Assembly: GCA_035480235.1 (NCBI GenBank)
Contig: DATIHX010000008.1
Span: forward strand, 96,104-160,103
Source: Candidatus Saccharimonadales bacterium
GTDB lineage: Bacteria > Patescibacteriota > UBA1384 > 2-12-FULL-50-11
Length of the DNA stretch: 64,000 bases
Direction: 5' to 3'
Below are positions 51,192-60,357 of the stretch, piece by piece. Position 1 is the first letter of the stretch; each line of letters opens with the position of its first letter. The notes under the pieces are model-generated. The model ran no database searches, was not told the DNA's origin, and saw only the letters and a program-made list of their open reading frames with translations. A program made the position numbers and the translations under genes.

Positions 51192-51383
51192 CTTTTTGCC
51201 GTCAATACAATAGTTCCTAAAACCGGAGGAGGAAACAGTGCCAGTTGCCGGTTGACAGCCGGAGGTTTTCTCCTTGTTCCCGACCAGGGAAGCGTGCCGG
51301 GGTACGGGGGTTTGGGGGCCTAGGGGGCGGCGTCGCAATAAGCCCCCTGGCCCCCAAATAATAGTAAGTGGCGCTAGCCACAT
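51192..51383 (-). ncRNA. structured intergenic repeat family, copy D
   Basis: Inverted orientation. It begins 10 nt after the radA stop. Confidence 0.6.
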
Positions 51384-51393
51384 AAAATGGTGA

Positions 51394-52707
51394 TTACTTA
51401 ATCGTAAATAATTTCGGCAGATCGCGGATCGAGTTGAATTTTGTCGCGACGGTGTAACCGAGCCGTTTAGCTTCTTTGGCCCGGCGCTCGGCGCCAAAGG
51501 CGGCTCGGACTTCGCCGAGCAAACCGACCTCACCAAAAATCACCAACTTCGGCGGTAAGGTTTTTTTATTTAAGCCGGAGACGCAGGCGGCACAGACGGC
51601 CACATCAACGCCGGGATCTTTCAGCGTAAAGCCGCCAACCACATTCACATAAACATCGTAGGAGCTAAAAGCGGCGCCAAGACGATTTTCCAAAACCGCC
51701 AGCAGTAGCGTTAAACGATTAGCATCGATCCCCTGGGCTGTTCGTTTCGGGTAACCGAAACTGGTTTTCGTCACCAGCGCCTGAATCTCTACCACAAACG
51801 CTCGGCTTCCTTCCATCGTCATCGTCAGCGCTCGGCCGGGCACGTCTTCCGTTAGAAGCCCGGCAAAAATCCGGCCTGGGTCGGCCACTACTTCAAAGCC
51901 GGTTTCGCCGAGCTGCCAAATACCGACTTCTTCGGTCGAACCAAACCGGTTTTTATCGGGCCGAAGCACGCGCAGGCCGGTCCGGCGTTCGCCTTCCAGA
52001 TACAAAACCACATCGACTAAATGCTCCAAAACTCGTGGCCCGGCCATCACCCCTTCTTTGGTCACGTGGCCGACCAACAAAATTGCGACGCCGGTCAGTT
52101 TGGCGAGTTGCTGGAAGCGCCAGCCGTTATCGCGCACTTGGGTGAGCGACCCGGGTGCGCCTGGTAAGGCGTCGTCGTAAATAGTTTGGATAGAATCGAT
52201 CACCACCAGTGCCGGTTTTTCGTTTTTAATGGCCGCGATAATTTTATTGATGTTGCGTTCAGGGCTAAGGCGGAGTTTGGTTTTATTCAGACCCAGGCGG
52301 GTTGAGCGCAAGTGAATTTGCTCCAACGATTCTTCAGCCGAAAAATAGAGCGAATTTGGGACGCTGGCGGCCAGTTGTAAAAGCAGCGTACTTTTACCGA
52401 CGCCCGGGTTGCCAGCGAGTAACATAATCGAGCCCGGCACAATGCCGGGGTCGTCCCCGCCTAACACTCGGTCGAATTCGGCCAGCCCGCTTTGAATGCG
52501 TAAGTGTTTGGCAACGGTAATTTGGCTAATTTCCGTCAGCTCAGCTGGGTCACTATTAACGGCGACGCCGCCCCGGCCAGTGACAGTCGGTTCGATCGCC
52601 TCTTCCACGATCGTATTCCACTCACCACAGACCGGGCATTTGCCGGCCCACGAACCAAAATGCGACCCGCAGCTTTCGCAAACAAAACTTTGTTTCGGCT
52701 TGGCCAT
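51394..52707 (-). CDS. radA: DNA repair protein RadA/Sms
   Basis: C4 zinc finger, GNPGVGKST, KNRFG and a Lon-like C-terminal domain. Confidence 0.95.
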   Translation of the reverse strand: MAKPKQSFVCESCGSHFGSWAGKCPVCGEWNTIVEEAIEPTVTGRGGVAVNSDPAELTEISQITVAKHLRIQSGLAEFDRVLGGDDPGIVPGSIMLLAGNPGVGKSTLLLQLAASVPNSLYFSAEESLEQIHLRSTRLGLNKTKLRLSPERNINKIIAAIKNEKPALVVIDSIQTIYDDALPGAPGSLTQVRDNGWRFQQLAKLTGVAILLVGHVTKEGVMAGPRVLEHLVDVVLYLEGERRTGLRVLRPDKNRFGSTEEVGIWQLGETGFEVVADPGRIFAGLLTEDVPGRALTMTMEGSRAFVVEIQALVTKTSFGYPKRTAQGIDANRLTLLLAVLENRLGAAFSSYDVYVNVVGGFTLKDPGVDVAVCAACVSGLNKKTLPPKLVIFGEVGLLGEVRAAFGAERRAKEAKRLGYTVATKFNSIRDLPKLFTIK

Positions 52708-52732
52708 TGGTTTCAAGCTGCCAGGAAATTAA

Positions 52733-52987
52733 CTAAAAGAAAAGAGGCCCCGGTTGGGCCTCGATGCGATAGGATGTTTTGGGCTTCGATTCCTCGAAGG
52801 CCTTACCATGGCCGGTTTGGTCACTGACATAGGCGAGAAATGAGAACGCCAGGCCTAGAACCATAAGGCCAATTCCGCCAATCATTCCCCTCAGCTGTAC
52901 CTCTCCCTTGCTAAGTAACCAAGCGAACATAAAGGCAACTGCCCCAATGAACGAGACCCCCGAACTAATTATCAACACTGCGATCAT
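52733..52987 (-). CDS. small membrane protein
   Basis: 84 aa with two TM helices. Confidence 0.5.
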   Translation of the reverse strand: MIAVLIISSGVSFIGAVAFMFAWLLSKGEVQLRGMIGGIGLMVLGLAFSFLAYVSDQTGHGKAFEESKPKTSYRIEAQPGPLFF

Positions 52988-53040
52988 ACTTCACCAACCT
53001 ATAAAGGATTGGTGTTACTATACCAGAAATCGCTGACAAT

Positions 53041-54720
53041 TCAAGAGTTTCGAGTGACTTTTTCAATCCTGTGATCGGTCGGCTGGTAGTCGGCGAGTTT
53101 GAATTGTAAACGAGTATTACCGTTCCAGTGGTTTTGCTCCAAAGCGCCAAAAAGGTGGGCGGTAGTATGCGGCGATTCGGCGAAACGGCCGGCCAGCCCA
53201 AAACCAACCACTTCCAAATCTCGGCCGTCCAATTTAGCTTGCCATTTCAAATGCCTGCCGTCTTTACCCATCGTCCGCGGGCTGTCGAGCTTGGCATATT
53301 TAATAATGAATTTTGGTGACGGATTAGCTTGCCCAAACGGCGCCAATTTTTCCACTGCCTTGGCAGTTGTTAAACTAACTTCGTCCGGGGTTAAAATCGC
53401 GTCGGCCGTTAAGACCGGCACTAAATCTTCTGGCGCAATATTTTTTTTGGCGTGAGCTTTCAAACTATCAACGAATTTTGGCAGCTCGGTTTTTTTCAGC
53501 CGTAAACCGGCGGCTTGCTGATGGCCACCGTGACTAAGTAGGTGCTCGGCTGAGAAATCCAAGCCGTCAATGATTGAGTACTCGCCGATCGACCGAGCGC
53601 TGCCGGTCAATTCCTCGCCCTGACCAGTCAAAATAACCACTGGTCGGTTGTGCCGATAACTAAGTTTGCCGGCTGAGAGACCAATCACCCCGGCCGGCCA
53701 AGCATCGCCGGCTATCACAAAAAGATGGTCGTCAATTTTATTTTGAGCCCACAACGCCTTCTCGGCTTCCGCCGTCGCGGTTTCCATTACCCCTTGGCGT
53801 TCGGTATTGAGTTGGTTAATGATTCGAGCTTTTTCTTGGGCCTCTTCGATGGTTTTGGCCATCAATAATTCAAAGGCCGGGTAGTTGTCGCCCATTCGGC
53901 CGGAAGCGTTAAGGCGCGGCCCCAAAACGTAGCCCAAATTTTCGGCCGAAAGTTTAAGCGGATCGAGGCCAGCGATATCAAGCAAAGCTTGTAAACCTAG
54001 TCGCTGAGTTTTACGCAACACTTGCAAACCGTAGTGAACGAGCAAGCGGTTCTCGCCCTTCATCACCATCATGTCGGCGACGGTCGAGATGGCCACTAAA
54101 TCTAAAAGCCACTTGCGAAAACCTTCGGTCAATATGCCAGGGAAATCGGCCGAAAGCGCTTCCACAAACTTGTAAGCCAAGGCGCAGCCGCAGAGATAGT
54201 TGAATGGGTACTTCGAGCCGGGGACGTACGGGTCGATCACGGCGTCGGCCGGCGGTAATTCGGTTTTCGGCAAGTGATGATCGAGGACAATCACTGCTAG
54301 GCCGAGTTTTTTGGCGAGCGTGATTTCTTCAACGGCCGCGATGCCGGTATCAACGGTAATTAATAATTGTGACGATTTGGCCGCTATTTCAACGTCTTTC
54401 AATTTCAAGCCGTAGCCATCGGCCCGGGTGGGAATGACCACCTTATACCGAAGTCCGAGCCGTTCCATCAAAGTCGCCAGCACCGCTGAGGCGGGTGTGC
54501 CGTCGGCGTCGTAATCACCGAAGATTGTCACGAACCATTTGGCTTTGACGGCTTTTTTCATTAATTCCCGGGCCGCTTTCATATCGGGCAACAAATTTGG
54601 GTCGTGCAGATTGGCAAAATCGAGCGCCAAATCGGTTTCGGTGAGTCCGCGAATTTTGGACAAGTGCGTTACTAAATCGTCATCTTGGCGGGCGTAAACC
54701 CGCCATCTGGTTTTTGGCAT
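53041..54720 (-). CDS. recJ: single-stranded-DNA-specific exonuclease RecJ
   Basis: DHH family motifs (GDYDADG, VLDHH) and a DHHA1 domain. ATG at 54720; the alternative GTG is at 54729. Confidence 0.93.
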   Translation of the reverse strand: MPKTRWRVYARQDDDLVTHLSKIRGLTETDLALDFANLHDPNLLPDMKAARELMKKAVKAKWFVTIFGDYDADGTPASAVLATLMERLGLRYKVVIPTRADGYGLKLKDVEIAAKSSQLLITVDTGIAAVEEITLAKKLGLAVIVLDHHLPKTELPPADAVIDPYVPGSKYPFNYLCGCALAYKFVEALSADFPGILTEGFRKWLLDLVAISTVADMMVMKGENRLLVHYGLQVLRKTQRLGLQALLDIAGLDPLKLSAENLGYVLGPRLNASGRMGDNYPAFELLMAKTIEEAQEKARIINQLNTERQGVMETATAEAEKALWAQNKIDDHLFVIAGDAWPAGVIGLSAGKLSYRHNRPVVILTGQGEELTGSARSIGEYSIIDGLDFSAEHLLSHGGHQQAAGLRLKKTELPKFVDSLKAHAKKNIAPEDLVPVLTADAILTPDEVSLTTAKAVEKLAPFGQANPSPKFIIKYAKLDSPRTMGKDGRHLKWQAKLDGRDLEVVGFGLAGRFAESPHTTAHLFGALEQNHWNGNTRLQFKLADYQPTDHRIEKVTRNS

Positions 54721-54759
54721 GAGCCCCACTGTAACACAAGTTCAAAAATACTCTTCGCT

Positions 54760-54799
54760 CACGTACCCTTGATATATTATAATATATCAAGGGTACGTG
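54760..54799. repeat. 40-nt perfect palindrome upstream of recJ
   Basis: CACGTACCCTTGATATATTATAATATATCAAGGGTACGTG. The inner 24 nt are identical to 8252-8275. Confidence 0.92.
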
Positions 54800-54946
54800 T
54801 TTTATGCTTTGCGGGAATACCTCAATTGGTAAGCCGCGCGGGGGAGCAGTCACCGAAGGCGAAGCGGCAGGCGAAGAAGTAGCTGCCAAGGGCGAAAGTC
54901 TGGGAGATTCATTGATGAGTCCAGCTCACAACACCGGCTATCTTGG

Positions 54947-55744
54947 TTATTGGACATAAGCGCTGCCGGGAACGCGTAAATCCACATGGTCGTGGATGGC
55001 GTCGTGTTTGGCTTTGAGGATTTCTATGAGCGTTGCCACTTGGCCGGTGGCCGGTTGATCGAGGGTGAAAAGCGCACTGATTGGGCTATTAGCGGCAAAG
55101 GGGACGGTTGGGTCGGTGGAAGCGGTTAAGCTCGCCCCGACTTGAAACAAACTATCGCCGATAAATAATTGGCTGGTCGTTAAATGGCTACTGGTAAGAG
55201 CGGTAAAAAGTTCAACGTATTTTTCGACGGTTTGGCGCGAGGCCACGGTTTGGCCCAGGTGCGGGGCGCTCCCGCCGCGATCTTCTATTATTATTGCCCC
55301 GGTTGGTGGTGTGGCGGCAGCGTAGGCAAAACCGTCCGCATCAACCGCCATAATTTTATCTCCGGCCTTCCAATAGAGGGTGGCATGGCGAAGCGTAACC
55401 GCACATTTGAGCGTGCCGGGTATCCCCCGCCGGCAGTTAAGCTGCGAGAGAGTTGGCAAGCTATTTTTGACCCGCGTCACATCGGCAAACAAGGTGCCGG
55501 ATAGTAAAGAATCGCCTTTGAGTTTTTGCAAAGCGGCTACTAATTCTGGTGTGCCGCCCCCCGCTAACTCGACCGTTTGGACCCGGAAAGCCGGCAGTTG
55601 GCCGACGATATAAAATGCCACCACTAGCGCCAAAAGGCAAAAGAGCGGCCAGAGCTTACGATATTGGGAGAGGTCTAACCGGGCTGGCGGCGGCCGGTAC
55701 GACGCATTAAAAACTTTCGGCGTTCGCCGAGCTCGGCCCATCAT
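54947..55744 (-). CDS. ftsQ: FtsQ-like cell division protein (TM helix plus POTRA)
   Basis: Single TM helix followed by FRVQTVELAGG (POTRA-like). The start is uncertain (55744 or 55801) and overlaps the murB end. Confidence 0.7.
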   Translation of the reverse strand: MMGRARRTPKVFNASYRPPPARLDLSQYRKLWPLFCLLALVVAFYIVGQLPAFRVQTVELAGGGTPELVAALQKLKGDSLLSGTLFADVTRVKNSLPTLSQLNCRRGIPGTLKCAVTLRHATLYWKAGDKIMAVDADGFAYAAATPPTGAIIIEDRGGSAPHLGQTVASRQTVEKYVELFTALTSSHLTTSQLFIGDSLFQVGASLTASTDPTVPFAANSPISALFTLDQPATGQVATLIEILKAKHDAIHDHVDLRVPGSAYVQ

Positions 55745-56699
55745 CCGTTGCTGCCGCTCCCTCATCTGGCCAGTATCCCAAAAAATGGAGCCGCTCATCA
55801 AGCGGGTAGCCGCTCCCCGCCGCCAAAGCCTTCAATTCGCTGACAACTTGGCGAAAAACTTGGGCGTTAGCGCGGTCGTGCCGCCGCTTAATGAGGCCGG
55901 TCGTTGGGTCGAAATGAACGCCGAGTTTCCGCCAGCGGTTGAGGGCGGCTTTATCGTTCAATTCAACCGGCCAGTTTTGCACGAAGACTTGCCCCAGCGC
56001 CGGGCGGGCCAACAGCGGTGCCCGGGCCTGCCGAAAAGTTTTCAAGCGCCGGAGAATCTCCGTTTGGTCAATTTGGGAAAACTGGAGCCGAACGCTTAAG
56101 ATTACCGGCGTTTCGATGATTGAGTCTGGGAACATCCGCCCGAAGGCCGGGCTGGCAATTTCTGAACCGCTGACGCTAATTACCTGGCCGGCCGCGCCGC
56201 CAGGCACAAACAAAATTAATTCTTTGACCGCGCCCAAAATATGTTTGCCGGTGAAGCCGGCGTTGGTGGCTACCGCGCCGCCGAGGGTGCCTGGCACAGC
56301 CGCTAAAAACTCCAGACCGCCCAACCCTTGGGCGGCCGCCACATTTAATAATCGGTCAGTGGAAACACCCGAATCAACAACGATATGGCTGGTCTGGTGG
56401 TCGCCCATTATTCGGTTACTCCGATTAATAATGACTAGGCCAGGGAAACCGATGTCGGAGGCCAGCATCCCCGAGCCGCCGCCAACCACGGCGAGCGGCA
56501 CCCGAAACTGGCTGGCTAGCCGGGTGGCATCAATCAAGTCGGCAACGGCGTTGGCTGTCACCAAATATTCGGCCGTGCCACCTAACTTTGTAGAAAAATA
56601 CTGGCCCAGCGGCTGGTGAGCGCTAAACTGCTCACCGAAGCGAGCACGAAGTTCAGTGGTAAAACTAGCTGGTTTTTCTGGCTTTGCCCGCGCGCTCAT
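55707..56699 (-). CDS. murB: UDP-N-acetylenolpyruvoylglucosamine reductase
   Basis: FAD-binding VVGGGSGML and a MurB C-terminal domain. Confidence 0.9.
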   Translation of the reverse strand: MSARAKPEKPASFTTELRARFGEQFSAHQPLGQYFSTKLGGTAEYLVTANAVADLIDATRLASQFRVPLAVVGGGSGMLASDIGFPGLVIINRSNRIMGDHQTSHIVVDSGVSTDRLLNVAAAQGLGGLEFLAAVPGTLGGAVATNAGFTGKHILGAVKELILFVPGGAAGQVISVSGSEIASPAFGRMFPDSIIETPVILSVRLQFSQIDQTEILRRLKTFRQARAPLLARPALGQVFVQNWPVELNDKAALNRWRKLGVHFDPTTGLIKRRHDRANAQVFRQVVSELKALAAGSGYPLDERLHFLGYWPDEGAAATDDGPSSANAESF

Positions 56700-56708
56700 C
56701 GCCGGCCG

Positions 56709-58121
56709 CTATTCGGTCCGGCCTAGCTTATCGTAAATCTTATAGACGTCGCCGGCGCCAATCAGTAGCACCACGTCTTTGCTGGTGACGAAACTTTTCA
56801 AATAGAGCGCTGCTTCGTCGAGCGACGAGCGGTACTCGACGTCCGGCTTCAAAAGTTTCGTCGCATCGATTAGATCTTTAATCGTCACATAGCCGGATTT
56901 TTCCCGGGCTGAGGCCCAGATATTTAACAAAATTAACTTGTCGGCCTCCCGCAAGGCCGAGGCGAACTCTTTGAGCATTTTGCCGGTTCTTGAATAGGTG
57001 TGCGGCTGGAAAACGGCGACGATCCGCTTGGTGGGAAAACGGCGGCGGGCGGCATCGAACAAAAACCGCAAAGCCGTGGGGTGGTGGGCGTAATCGTCGA
57101 AAATTTCGGCGCCGTTAAACTGGCCCAGTAACTCGAACCGGCGCTTGGGTGCGGCAAAATGTCGGAGGGCTTTAACAATCGCCGCTTCGGTAACGCCCAG
57201 TTGCAAAGCCATCAAAACCGCGGCGGTCGCATTCAAGACGTTGTGGCGGCCCGGCAAGGTTAATTCAACCGGTCCGATCGTTCGGTCGGCGGCCTTAATT
57301 TTGAAGGTTAGCTGGACGGGCGTTTCTTTTAAATCGGTAATTTGATATTTGGCGCCCGGTTCGAAGCCGAACGTTAGCACCTCGCGGTCGACGCGCCGCG
57401 CCGCCAACCGCCGAACTAGCGGCCAATCGCTGCAGGCCACCATCACCCCATCGCGCGGCAGCTTCAAGCTTAAGCGGTAAAAGACGTTATAAATTTGCTC
57501 GACCGTTTGGTAAACGTCGGGATGGTCGTATTCGATGGAAGTCACAATTAAATGTTTGAGCGGTAAATCCAGAAATTTCGCCTCTAAGTCGGTGTCGGAT
57601 TTTTTGTACTCGTCGGCTTCGGCCACAAAATATTTGCCGTCGCCGATATGGCCGTTGCCGGACAGGCCGGGAATATCACTAGTGCCAATCGAGTAACTGG
57701 GCGAGAAGCCGGCGCTCACTAGAATGAAGGCCAGCATTGAGCAGGTAGTGGTTTTGCCGTGGGTGCCGGCGACGCCGACGCCTTCAAAATTATTCATCAG
57801 CCGGCCGAGCATCTCGGAACTGGAGATAATTGGCAGCCGTAAACTCTTGGCGGCTTTGAATTCGATGTTGGTCGGACCAAACGAGGCGCCGACCACCACC
57901 AAATCCGGCTTGTTGGCTTTATTTAAGTGAGCGGCGTCAAAGCCGTTAAAATACTTTAGATTATGCTCTTTCAGCAAATGATCCGTTATAAATTCCTCGG
58001 CCACGTCGCTACCCCTAACTTCGTAACCGAGCTCTTTGGCCATCACCGCCAGGCCGCTCATCGCCACGCCTTTGATGCCGATGAAATAGACCGACTTCGG
58101 CTCGGGCTTCGGCTTAGCCAT
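56709..58121 (-). CDS. murC: UDP-N-acetylmuramate--L-alanine ligase
   Basis: GIKGVAMSGLA and GTHGKTTT. Confidence 0.95.
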   Translation of the reverse strand: MAKPKPEPKSVYFIGIKGVAMSGLAVMAKELGYEVRGSDVAEEFITDHLLKEHNLKYFNGFDAAHLNKANKPDLVVVGASFGPTNIEFKAAKSLRLPIISSSEMLGRLMNNFEGVGVAGTHGKTTTCSMLAFILVSAGFSPSYSIGTSDIPGLSGNGHIGDGKYFVAEADEYKKSDTDLEAKFLDLPLKHLIVTSIEYDHPDVYQTVEQIYNVFYRLSLKLPRDGVMVACSDWPLVRRLAARRVDREVLTFGFEPGAKYQITDLKETPVQLTFKIKAADRTIGPVELTLPGRHNVLNATAAVLMALQLGVTEAAIVKALRHFAAPKRRFELLGQFNGAEIFDDYAHHPTALRFLFDAARRRFPTKRIVAVFQPHTYSRTGKMLKEFASALREADKLILLNIWASAREKSGYVTIKDLIDATKLLKPDVEYRSSLDEAALYLKSFVTSKDVVLLIGAGDVYKIYDKLGRTE

Positions 58122-59238
58122 TGGTTATCTCCGTCATCACTTTGTTTAAAGTGCCAGCTTCGTCGAAATAGTTGTGAAGAGTTTGCCCCAGTTGCTCCCG
58201 CTGCTCGGCGTTAGTTAGTAAATCTTCAACGATGTTAGCGAATAATTCCGGGGTTAGTTGGTGCTGTTCGCGCACCACTGCCGCGCCGGCTTTCTCCAGA
58301 ATCTTGGCGTTAATCACCTGGTGGTTGCCAGCTGCTGTGGGCAGTGGAATGAGAAAAACTGGCTTTTTAAAAAGTGCCGCTTCGGCCGTGGTAGTGGCGC
58401 TCGCCCGGGTAATTAACAGGTCGGCCATCTGAAAATAAAGCGGCAGTTCGCGGTCGATGAAGCTATACGGCTTGTAGTGATTTTGATCCTTGGCCGGCAG
58501 TTGGTTTTTTAGGGCCATACACTGCTCATACTCCTTTTCGCCCGTTAAGTGAACCACGTCGGCGCTAGAGAGCAAGCGGCCGAGAGTTTTTTTAACATAA
58601 GCGTTGATGGCGATGGAACCTTGACTGCCCGGCAAAATCAAAACTAATAGTCGGGCTTTTTTTGGCGCTTTCAGTGCCGCCGCTTGGCGGAGTGCCCGGC
58701 GGATCGGCATCCCCACTTGCTGGAAGCGGCGGTCGGCAAACGGAAAAACTGATGGCGAAAAGTTGGTCAAAACCCGCCGCGCGAAACGGGCGCCAATTTT
58801 GTTGGCCAATCCCATCACTGCGTCCGATTCATGCACCAGAATCGGCACTCCGACCAATTTGGCCGCCACCACCATCGGCACCGCTACCGCCCCCCCCTTA
58901 CTAAAAACTAACCGCGGCCTGAGGCGGCGCAGTATTGCGAAGGCCTGAAAAAACCCCACCAGCACCCGGCCGGCATCGGCCAAGTTAGCGAAAAACGCCG
59001 ACCAATTGCCGTAGCGGCGCAATTTGCCGCTCATTATTCCCAGAAACGGCCAGCCCAATTCGGCCATCATTGTTTCTTCGCGGCTTTGCCGAGAACCAAC
59101 AAAAATAAACGGCAGTTGCCGGCTTTTTAACTCTTCGCCGATGGCGATAAGCGGCGTTATATGGCCGCCGGTCCCACCGCCAACTAACAAGATTGGACGA
59201 TTTGGGAGCGGACGAATTTTCCGACCGTTTTCTGCCAT
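58114..59238 (-). CDS. murG: undecaprenyldiphospho-muramoylpentapeptide beta-N-acetylglucosaminyltransferase
   Basis: GGGTGGHITP, GT28 family. Confidence 0.95.
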   Translation of the reverse strand: MAENGRKIRPLPNRPILLVGGGTGGHITPLIAIGEELKSRQLPFIFVGSRQSREETMMAELGWPFLGIMSGKLRRYGNWSAFFANLADAGRVLVGFFQAFAILRRLRPRLVFSKGGAVAVPMVVAAKLVGVPILVHESDAVMGLANKIGARFARRVLTNFSPSVFPFADRRFQQVGMPIRRALRQAAALKAPKKARLLVLILPGSQGSIAINAYVKKTLGRLLSSADVVHLTGEKEYEQCMALKNQLPAKDQNHYKPYSFIDRELPLYFQMADLLITRASATTTAEAALFKKPVFLIPLPTAAGNHQVINAKILEKAGAAVVREQHQLTPELFANIVEDLLTNAEQREQLGQTLHNYFDEAGTLNKVMTEITNG

Positions 59239-59241
59239 CTC

Positions 59242-60357
59242 TTAATCTGTAGTTTCTCTGGAGCAATTTGTCAAAAGCCCGAGCATCGCCATCGAAACAA
59301 CCAGCGACGAACCGCCGTAACTAACAAACGGTAGTGGTACGCCGGTTAAGGGGATGGCGCCGAGCATCCCGCCGATATTAATTAAGGCTTGCACGATAAT
59401 AACTGTCGCCACCCCTACCGCCACCAGTTGAACAAATTGGCTGTTAGCCCGGCCAGCCAGTAAATAACCGCGCCAGGCCAAAAATACAAAAGCCACAATT
59501 ACCAGTGAGGCTCGCACAAAACCGAGCTCTTCAGCAATCACTGCAAAAATCGAGTCCGTGTAGGCTTGCGGCAGGTAAGCGTACTTGCTAATTCCCTGGC
59601 CGAAACCGACGCCCCACGGCCCGCCGCTGCCGATAGCGATCACCGCTTGCTGGGTGTGGTAGGCGCCGCCCAAGGTGTCGGTACTTTGGTTGTTTTGATG
59701 CAAAAACGTCGTCAGCCGAGCCGCCCGGTACGGCGCAATCAGAATTAAGCCCACAATCGCCACGCCGATCACGGCTAACACCCCCCCAAATTGCCACCAA
59801 CTGGCTCTGGCGACGAAAAAAATCGTCAGCGCTAAAGCCACTAAAATCAACATCGTCCCCATATCTTTCTCTAAAATCACCAGGCCGCCGATCGCCGCCA
59901 GAATTCCCAAAAACGGCAATAGGCCTTGGGTAAAACTCTTAATTTTATCGCCCTTGGCGGCAAACCAGCCGGCTAAATAAATAACCAAAAAGAGTTTGGC
60001 AAATTCTGACGGCTGGAACTGAAAAAACCCTAAATTAATCCAGCGGTGAACGCCAGCGATTTTCGGGCCGATCACCAAAACCAAAACCAAGAGCACCAAG
60101 GTCGCAATTAAATACCGGGACCGGGCAGCGTACAATCGGTCCAGCGGCAGGCGCAAAAAATAGAAAAAACCGGCCAAGCCAATCAACCAAAAGATCAACT
60201 GACGAATAAAAAAATAATATTGGTTGCCGAAATTATTAGCGGCAATAATTTGCGAAGCCGAAAGCACCATCACTAAACCAAACAGCGACAAGATAATACC
60301 GACCGTCGGGATGCTCACATCAATGCGTTTGTGCAGACGAAGTTTAAAGCTGCTCAT
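59242..60357 (-). CDS. ftsW: SEDS protein FtsW
   Basis: FtsW/RodA family within the dcw cluster. The start is taken at MSSFKLRL. Confidence 0.9.
   Translation of the reverse strand: MSSFKLRLHKRIDVSIPTVGIILSLFGLVMVLSASQIIAANNFGNQYYFFIRQLIFWLIGLAGFFYFLRLPLDRLYAARSRYLIATLVLLVLVLVIGPKIAGVHRWINLGFFQFQPSEFAKLFLVIYLAGWFAAKGDKIKSFTQGLLPFLGILAAIGGLVILEKDMGTMLILVALALTIFFVARASWWQFGGVLAVIGVAIVGLILIAPYRAARLTTFLHQNNQSTDTLGGAYHTQQAVIAIGSGGPWGVGFGQGISKYAYLPQAYTDSIFAVIAEELGFVRASLVIVAFVFLAWRGYLLAGRANSQFVQLVAVGVATVIIVQALINIGGMLGAIPLTGVPLPFVSYGGSSLVVSMAMLGLLTNCSRETTD

Noticed and set aside
54680-54889. Mirror-image ORFs 54680..54889(-) and 54685..54882(+), which share the peptide VPLIYYNISRVR
   Set aside because: This is an artefact of the 40-nt perfect palindrome. 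There is no RBS, and the ORFs overlap the recJ start.
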